DNA of 56,452 nt, filler included, from Squatina squatina (taxonomy: Eukaryota): NCBI GenBank assembly GCA_031763465.1. It is 3 parts of 3 records of this genome, joined end to end, with 100 filler letters (N's around TTAATTAATTAA, not from the genome) between each part and the next. Parts side by side here need not be neighbours in the genome. Positions count along the whole stretch, not along the records: positions 30,353 to 56,452 come from JARFOE010000002.1; 2 more parts are not named here. The stretch is one strand, 5' to 3'. The translations under genes were made by a program, and so were the position numbers. The number at the start of each line of letters is the position of its first letter. Position 1 is the first letter of the stretch. The notes beneath the pieces were generated by a model that searched no databases, had not been told where the DNA came from, and saw only the letters and a list, made by a program, of their open reading frames with translations. This document shows positions 48,380 to 56,452 of the stretch, piece after piece.

Positions 48380-50695
48380 CACCGCTGGTGTCGGTGTAGG
48401 GAATCACTGGTACCAGAAGATCACGCTCAACATTAGTGTCAGTGTAGTTCAGCAGTAATACCGAAGGAGCACGGTCCTGTCTAATATAATTATGGGATTA
48501 CTACTTGTACAGGAGCTGCATAGCTAGCTCTCGTGTAAGTCTATGGATACTATTCGACCCGGGGAGTATGGTCACTTCTAAAGCAAGAATATAATTACCA
48601 CTATTACAGGACGAGTATGGCCACATGTAATTTAAGTGTAGGTGCACCACTAGCACCAGGTGAGACCTTGTTTAATTTCAGGTTGTCACTCATACCAAAA
48701 GAGCACAGTCACTACTACAGTAAATGTGGTGTAACACTACTACAGGAGGAGCACAATCGCCTCTTTGTATGGTAAGGGTACCACTAGTATTGCAAAAGCA
48801 GGGTCACCACCAGTGTAAGTGTAGGGACCCAATATTGTGGCATGATCAATGCCACCACTTGTTTGAGTTCAGAGATACCGGTAGTACAGGAGGAGAAATG
48901 TGATCACTAGCACTCGTATAGTGTACCAATAGTACCGAGGAACACGCTCATCTCTAGCACTAGTGTAGTGTTCCACTAGTACCAGAGAAGCATGGTCATC
49001 TCCAGTATACATGCAGTGTACCACCAGTACCGGAGGAACACGCTCACCTGGAGCATACATGCAGTTTACCACGAGTACCGAGGAACACGCTCACCTCCAG
49101 CATACATGTATTGCACCACTAGTACCGAGGAAAACATTCACCTCCAGCATACATGTAGTGTACCACTAATACCGAGGAACACACCCACCTCCAGACTACA
49201 TGTAGTGCACCACTAGTACCGAGGAACACGCTCACCTCCAGCATACATATATTGCACCACTAGTACCGAGGAACACACCCACCTCCAGCATACATGTAGT
49301 GCAACACCAGTACCGGAGGAACACGCTCACCTCCAGCATACATCGAGTGCAACACTAGTACCAAGGAAAACGCTCATCTCTAGCGTACATGTAGTGCACC
49401 ACTAGTAGCGAGGAACACACTCACCCCCAGCATACATGTAGTGCACCATTGGTACCGAGGAACACGCTCACCTCCAGCATACATGTAGTGTACCACTACT
49501 ACCGAGGAACACGCTCACCTCCAGCAGACATGTAGTGCACCACTAGTACCGAGGAACATGCAAACCTCTGGCATACATGTAGTGCACCACTAGTACCGAG
49601 GAACACACCCACCTCTAGCATACATGTAGTGTACCACCAGTACCAGAGGAACACGCACACATCTAGCATACATGCAGTGTACCACCAGTACCAGAGGAAC
49701 ACACACACCTCAAGCATACATGTAGTGCACCACTAGTACCGAAGGAACATGCACACCTCCAGCATACATATAGTGTATCACCAGTACCGGAGGAACAAGC
49801 TCACTTCTAGCATACATGTAGAATACCACCATTACTGGAGGAACATAGCATACATGTGGTACACCACTAATACTGAGGAACACGCACACCTCCAGCATAC
49901 ATGTAGTGCAACACTAGTACGGGAGGAACACGCACACGTCTAGCATGCAAGTAGAGTACTATCAGTTCCAAGTAACATGCTCACCGCTAGCATGCATGCA
50001 GTGTACCACTGGTACTGGTGGAACATGGTCACATCTAGCATAAATGTAGTGTACCACTAGTACCAGATGAACACACTCACCTCTAGCATACATGTAGTGT
50101 ACCAACAGTACTGGAGGAACATGCTCACATCTAACATACATGTAGTGTACCACTATTACCGAGGAACACGCTCACCTCTAGCATACATGTAGTGTACCAC
50201 CAGTACCAGAAGAACACACTCACCTCTAGCATACATGTAGTGTACCACCAGTACCGGAGGAACACACTCACCTCTAGCATACATGTAGTGTACCACCAGT
50301 ACCAGAGGAACACACTCACCTCTAGCATACATGTAGTGTACCACCAGTACCGGAGGAACGTGCTCAGCTCTAACATACATATAGTGTACCACCAGTACTG
50401 GAGGAACGTGCTCAGCTCTAACATATATGTAGTGTACCACCAGTACCGGAGGAACGTGCTCACCTCTAACATATATGTAGTGTACCACCAGTACCGGAGG
50501 AACACGCTCACCTCTAACATACATGTAGTGTACCACTAGTCCCGGAGGAACATGGTCTCTTCTACAATACATGTAGTACAACTTTAGTACCGAGGTACAT
50601 GGTCACTTCTAGCATACATGTAGTGTACCACTAGTACTGAGGAACACGCTCACTTCTAGCATACATACAGTGTTCCACTAATACCAGAGGAACAG
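48380..50695. repeat. 47/48-bp minisatellite, degenerate at the left and homogeneous from about 48900
   Basis: Unit gaggaacacgctcacctctagcatacatgtagtgtaccactagtacc; starts at 49080, 49127 and 49174, for example. Confidence 0.95.
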
Positions 50696-51098
50696 TGTTA
50701 TCTTTCGTGATGCAAGAATGTGGTCCTCACCAATAATGAAAGCTTGGTTCACTGCCTGTTCTAGAGGATTTGGACCACTAAGACCAAGTCAAGTACAGGA
50801 TCAGGGTATGTATGATAAGGGGAGCTGCCTTCACTACTGCTGTAGGAATTGGGTTTGAACTCATAATAAAAGCAGCAGTTTCTAATTATATAGAATGTTT
50901 TAATTTTGTATGTTTTTCAAAAACTTTCCATTAACAATTTCAAATATTTCTCTTAATCTGAGATAACAGGCAACAAAATAACTTGCCTGACTTTATTTGT
51001 TAAATGATTGTAACTAATGCTAATTATGATTTAGCCTGATTGACTCCCTGGAGGATTCATGTGTTAATACATATAGGTTCTCCTCCATTGCATCAGTA

Positions 51099-51222
51099 AT
51101 GCGCCAGTCAGAGGCTCTCATCTCCGACAGAATTCATCCATTCTCACAGAATATTGGGCAACAAATTATTTCGCTGATCAAAGAGATTTACTACCCTGTT
51201 CTGGCTATGGTCGCTGTCCCCG
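51099..51222 (+). CDS. GPR139-like GPCR exon 1
   Basis: gtaATG gives MRQSEALISDRIHPFSQNIGQQIISLIKEIYYPVLAMVAVP, then G|gtgag (phase 1). IYYP.LA...VP is the TM1 start typical of this family. Confidence 0.8.
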
Positions 51223-51667
51223 GTGAGCCATTGTAACCTGTTCATTGTTAATAGCGATTAACTGTATCCCTATTCTTGCAGCCTGTTTGATAAGATAACG
51301 TGCTTTCTAGATGTCAGCATTACACAGTTGGTAGTGACTGGAACACCTCATGAACCGTGTGTCTGCACTTTCTATTGTCCCCTTAATCCGATAACAATAA
51401 TGAAGGTACAATGTTCTCTGAAGTTACAACACAAGCATTGTCGCGGATTTCCGGGCCGTCTTGTCACCCGGTGCAGAGTGAGCGCTGCAGCAGCTCATTA
51501 AAATGTGTGGGTGGGCTTCCCAGGTAACGGCTCCAATACTAATCCTATTCTCACACTGCTCCGTGTTGATAATCACACTGAATAGAGTAAAATGCTCTCA
51601 ACAGGGATCTACATAGATATTCAATCAGACACTGGAATATTATTACTCTCCTCGTTCTTTCTTACAG

Positions 51668-52533
51668 CAAACGTGATGACAATTGTGATTCTCTCCCGAG
51701 GAAACTGCAGCCTTTCCAAGTGTATCTCGGTCTACATGGTGGCCATGGCAACAGCAGACCTACTGGTTGTGATCATTAATGTAATAGTGTATCATATTTT
51801 CAGTTATCACTTTCCACTTTCCTTCCTGTCCCAGACTGCAATCTGTAAGTTCATTCTGTACATGACTGCTGTCAATCTCGATATCTCTTTTTGGTTCAAC
51901 GTCTGCTTCACATTTGACCGATTTGTAGTGATCAGCTGTCAGAAGTTTAAAACAAGGTATTGCACCGCGAGAACTGCGGCGGCGGTTATAACAGTTTTCA
52001 CTGTTCCAAACTTTTTAAAGAGCATCCCTATTTTGTTTGCACTTGAACCTGAACAAATGATTGGTAAAGTGCAGTGGGGCTGCCTGCCCAGTGTGGACTT
52101 TGTTTCCCCACCTCAAGGTTTAGCATACGTCTGGTTTCACAGTGCCTGGGGCGTCTGGCTTCCTTTTATTTTAGTGGCCAGCAGAGCTCGCAGGGAACTC
52201 CGGGGTCACAGGAGTGAGAATCAGTGTGATCCAGAGATGGAGAACCGAAGGAAATCCATCATTTTACTCTTCACTATATCGGGCAGTTTTATATTGTTGT
52301 GGCTGACAACTGCCGTGAGTTTGGTAACTACCAGACTGACAAGTATCAATTATTACCGAGGTGACCGCACAGATCCTGGATATATCGCCACTGAAATTGG
52401 AACAATGTTGAAGTTTCTGAGTTGCTTTCAAAACCCCTGCATTTATGCAGCGACCCAAAGGAAATTCAGAGAAGAGCTGAAGACCGTAGTTAAATCTCCC
52501 TGGACACTGATTTTGAGATTAGTTAGAAAATAA
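51668..52533 (+). CDS. GPR139-like GPCR exon 2 (spliced product about 329 aa; TM5 looks partly deleted)
   Basis: ttctttcttacag|CA acceptor; ANVMTIVILSRG, MATADLLV (TM2), FTFDRF (DRY-like), DPEMENRRKSIILLF and NPCIY (NPxxY). Confidence 0.88.
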
Positions 52534-53389
52534 GAACAACATGAATCAAATTAAAAACAAATCTCCCTCCAAACTGAAGCTCAATTTCAAGTCCGTTTCC
52601 GCCGTAGAGCTACCTTTGTTCTGGTAATGTGCAAAATGGGCGAATCCTTGTGTGACGTTTTCTTCCATTTTGTAGCATGTGTTCGGTTTCTGCATTAAGT
52701 GAGTTTTTATCGCGTCTTTCGCTGAGTAATCATGACCTTTTCCTGCAAATTTAGCACATTTTCAGTTCCAGGATCAAAGATAACAAAGATAAGGTTCAGC
52801 AGAGGAGTCGGATGTGGATAGCAGAGGAATCCACCTTTCCCTGCAGATACTGGGATCCGATGCCCCAGTTTAAAATCAGCAATAAAGTTTCATTCAGTGC
52901 CGCAAATATCAAAGGTCCTATGATCGCTGATATTGTTAAATTTACTGGAGCTGTGGTGTGAATATTGCAATTAAAACAGTCACAAATGGAATGTGCAGAG
53001 AGTGTAGCAGAAATGTCCTCATTCAATGTTTTGCCTCAGAGAATAGTTAAGGGAAAATTAGATAAGTATCTGAAACAGAGGACAATAAATTGGTGTGGGG
53101 AGGGAGGAGGACAGTGCAGATCGTTTCTGAATGCTGTATCAAACAATTGAGTACCGATAGAATGGGTCAATTTACCTACTCCAGCCCAGTATTTCTGGTT
53201 TAATGATGACATAATTTTAATTTTTATTTGTATCTAAGCTAACCGCATCCGCGTTGAGATTCTGTTCAATAATAGATTAAAATAAACTGGTGCAAAGAAA
53301 AGTCCCAAAGGTTCAATAGTCTCCGTCCCTTACAGGTTCCCATTTGTTGATAATTTACTTCCATTTTATAACTAGCTGTCTGTGCAGTG

Positions 53390-53640
53390 TCAGATCTCCC
53401 ACCCCATCACATAATACCTCACCGTGTGTCTATGTGGAACCTTGTCCACTGCTTCAAGAAAATCCGGCTGGGTCATTCCAACAGCATTTCCTCCACCCGA
53501 CAGGGCAGTGATGTGTGACAGAAACTCCAGCAGGTTAGCTAAGGAGGACACATCGTCCCACCAACCAACACAATTCCATTTTACATTGCTCCTTTCCCAG
53601 GTGCTCGCCCAGTCAATCTTTCCTAACTTTATTTTAAACA
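53390..53640 (-). mobile_element. Old CR1 RT fragment
   Basis: SSLANLLEFL...DFLEAVDKVPHR. Confidence 0.65.
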
Positions 53641-54849
53641 CGGGGATTATTTCAGCCGCTGTCGGATCCTCAGGAGTTTTCTCTAATCGTCACTTCTGTC
53701 AGTCTCTATTTCCTTGTGTCGCAGTGTCTGTGAAGCTGGAATCCAGATTCCGATTTAAAGTGGCTGAACAAGGTAACTACTTTTAAAAGCCGTTCTTCCA
53801 AGCTCTCCTTCAATGATTCCTTTGTTCACCAAACGGCCTTTGTTGGTCCTGCTGGACTACCTACCTGCTGGATTTGTAGGATAATTAAAAAGTTTTTAAG
53901 TTAATTCTTAATACTGCTCCATACATAATGACGCTGACATTGCGATCGGAGCGTTCTTCAATGCAGCAGGCTCCGATCGCAAATAGCTAAGAAATTAACT
54001 GACAGTTCTCGGTCCACCGGAACTTGCAATTTTAATACCACACAGATGTCCATGTGCATCGGAGCTCTATAGTTTCGTGGGGAAGCCTGTGTAGATGTCA
54101 CATGGGAGGCCCTGAACAATCAGGTGGAAGTATCTTTCATTCAAGTTTTGACAGTTCTGGCAGTTCTGTCAGAGCTTGAATGAGAGATGTAAAACAACAG
54201 AAGCACATCGAAAAACATTTCAAAACTATTCTAACATTAAAATTTAATTAAAAGGAGATAAATATGACATACATTTGTTTTTGAATTTAAAGAAAAACTT
54301 TTAAACTATTTAAAAACTTACTTTCCTTAATAGGAATTGTTTTATAGTAATGTACCATTATTTATTTTGCTTTACAAGTTTTTTTTACAAATCTTATGCT
54401 GGTAACACCAAGCATATATGGCAGGTTTTCCCATGCGTAAAATGTTTAAGAGATTCCCAGCGCAAGCTTTGCAAAAATCTCACAAAGCTCAGCGCAGAAC
54501 ATCACTTTGCTCGCCTAAGCATTGGATCTGTTAAAATAAAGCTGGCATTGATATCCACTCCTGCCATCCTCACAGCCTGCAGGGCAATTTCCCTTGTGCT
54601 GGTTGTGCAGCAGCCCAGCTGCGCTAACCACGGGGTGTGGCGCTGCAATGGAAGCACCTCTACAAGCAATTTCTACAGGCAATTTCCCAGGAGCCGGTAC
54701 CCACTGCCACGCTGAAAGTTTCCTCTGTCCCGTTAGCACCTCCCCCACTATTTTTACAAAGATGTCAATAGTCGCTCTGTGATAGCTCTCTCGCTGATAA
54801 ATCATATAGGGTATTCAGTTAAATAACGCTCCAGCGAGCTGATCACAAA

Positions 54850-55567
54850 ATCAATGCTGACAACATGGTGCAGTGCTGAATGTGTGCTGCACTGGCCGAG
54901 TGCTGTCTTTCAGGTGTGAAGCCAAACTGAGGCACCATCTCCCTCTCAGGACAGAAATGATCTCACAGAACTTCTCGAAATGGAGTAATGGGGGTCCCCA
55001 CAAGGTCCTGGAAAATCGTCATCCCTCCATCAACATCAGTGGAACAGATTAGCTGGTCATAACCTCATTGTTATTAGTGAGACCTCGATCAACATCACTG
55101 GAACAGATTAGCTGGTTATTACCTCATTGTTATTAGTGAGACCTCGATCAACATCACTGGAACAGATTAGCTGGTCATTACCTCATTGTTATTAGTCATC
55201 CCTCGATCAACATCACTGGAACAGATTAGCTGGTTATTACCTCATTGTTATTAGTCATCCCTCGATCAACATCACTTGAACAGATTAGCTGGTTATTACC
55301 TCATTGTTAATAGTCATCCCGAGATTCAACATCACTGAAACAGATTAGCTGGTCATTACCTCATTGTTATTCGTGAAACCTTGCTTTGTACAAATTGGCT
55401 GTATCGCTTCCGACAGTGCAATGCTGGCTACATTTCAAAAGTATTTCATTCGATTACATCGAGATAATGATGTTGTCAAAGGTACTGTATGTCCCATAAT
55501 GCTCCTGTGAAGCACCTTCGGTCATTTTACTTCTTTAAAGGTCCTATTTAAATGCAAGTTATTGTTG
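54850..55567 (+). mobile_element. Deu-domain SINE with an internal tandem expansion and an L2-like tail
   Basis: SINE body ggtcctgg...atccctc..tcaacatcac..aacagattagctggtcatt; ends aaatgcaagttattgttg. Confidence 0.7.
55018..55380 (+). repeat. 59-bp tandem repeat, 6 copies
   Basis: caacatca starts at 55031, 55090, 55149, 55208, 55267 and 55327. Confidence 0.95.
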
Positions 55568-56351
55568 CTTTGCAGATGCAATTCTGACTTATTATTGTTG
55601 AATCTGCTCCCACGTCCATTTCTGGCATGGCATTCCAAATTATAACGCCTCGTTATGTAAAAAAAAATGATTCTCCATTCTGTATCATATCAAAATTAGT
55701 TTAAATCTGTTTCTTCTGATTGCCGACACTCCTGTCAATGGAGGCAATCTCTACTTATTTAATTAAAACCCATATTATTTTTCAACAGCACCCCTAAAAA
55801 TACTCTGACGTATGGAGAACTATCCCAGATTCCAGCCAGGTCATTCACTTCCAATGGGCAAGGCTCCAACCGGGAGCTCGAAAATCAGAGGGCGAGAGTT
55901 CAAGTTGTTGCAGGAAGTGCTGGGCACGCACAATTTGGACTGCATATACATTTCTGGTAGCATCACCTTGGAAACAATATTTCTGCACATTGTAGATTAC
56001 ACAGCTCAGCAACAGAGCTTCCAGGGATTCACAAATCCAGTTTTGAAAAATATCAGGAAATCCTGCTTTCCATCTTTAGAAAAGCGGATACCTCCAGGTG
56101 ATCTAATATCTGTTTTAATGTTAGGCAGAGAATGGGCATAGATCTTTCCTCGAACACATCACTGTAGCAAAGTGATTAGGGAACTGGGCCTCACAAATCT
56201 CATTGCTCCTCAACAGTTAATATGTTGCCATCAATTAGAAAATAGTCCGAATGATCTTACTTGGATTCAAAGAGGATCATGTCAAACTTGTGCAAAATAA
56301 ACTCCTTTTTTCCATAATTTTCCGACTCACTTCATCTGTCTTTATCCCTTT

Positions 56352-56452
56352 GAACATAGAACATAGAAAAATAGGTGCAGGCGTAGGCCATTCGGCCCTT
56401 CGAGCCTGCACCGCCATTCAATATGATCATGGCTGATCAGTACCCCGTACCT
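56352..56452 (-). mobile_element. Young CR1/HE1-type 3' tail at the window end
   Basis: gaacatagaacatagaaaaataggtgcagg...gatcatggctgatc. Confidence 0.85.

Noticed and set aside
48900-50695. CRISPR-like regular array, also considered for 55018-55380 and the 86-bp satellite
   Set aside because: Units are contiguous with no unique spacers, there are no cas genes, and the context is vertebrate.
51592-51667. N-terminus of the 313-aa ORF (MLSTGIYIDIQ...)
   Set aside because: This is the intronic polypyrimidine tract; the real TM1 start is in exon 51099-51222.

Overview
Eukaryotic DNA, most likely from a cartilaginous fish (shark-type CR1/L2 LINEs, Deu-domain SINEs, NLRP3-like and GPR139-like gene families). 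The window is three separate scaffolds joined by artificial N44-TTAATTAATTAA-N44 spacers (15183-15282, 30253-30352), and it also has eight 100-N gaps. Scaffold 1 (1-15182) carries two copies, about 11.9 kb apart, of a block made of an 86-bp satellite, a GPR139-like pseudogene 3' half, a CT-rich tract and a CR1 fragment. Between the copies lie a Harbinger Myb/SANT remnant and a candidate spliced beta-defensin-like gene that the ORF track does not show as a gene. Scaffold 2 (15283-30252) has a SHISA5 exon, the first coding exon of ALAS1, and a ~220-bp intact enterobacterial idnD-like fragment with its Shine-Dalgarno site inside the SHISA5 intron. Scaffold 3 (30353-56452) has NLR exons, large minisatellites, nested retroelements including a solo LTR, and a two-exon GPR139-like GPCR with an apparent in-frame deletion in TM5. 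All family assignments come from manual reading and recalled sequences, not database searches. Repeat boundaries are approximate.
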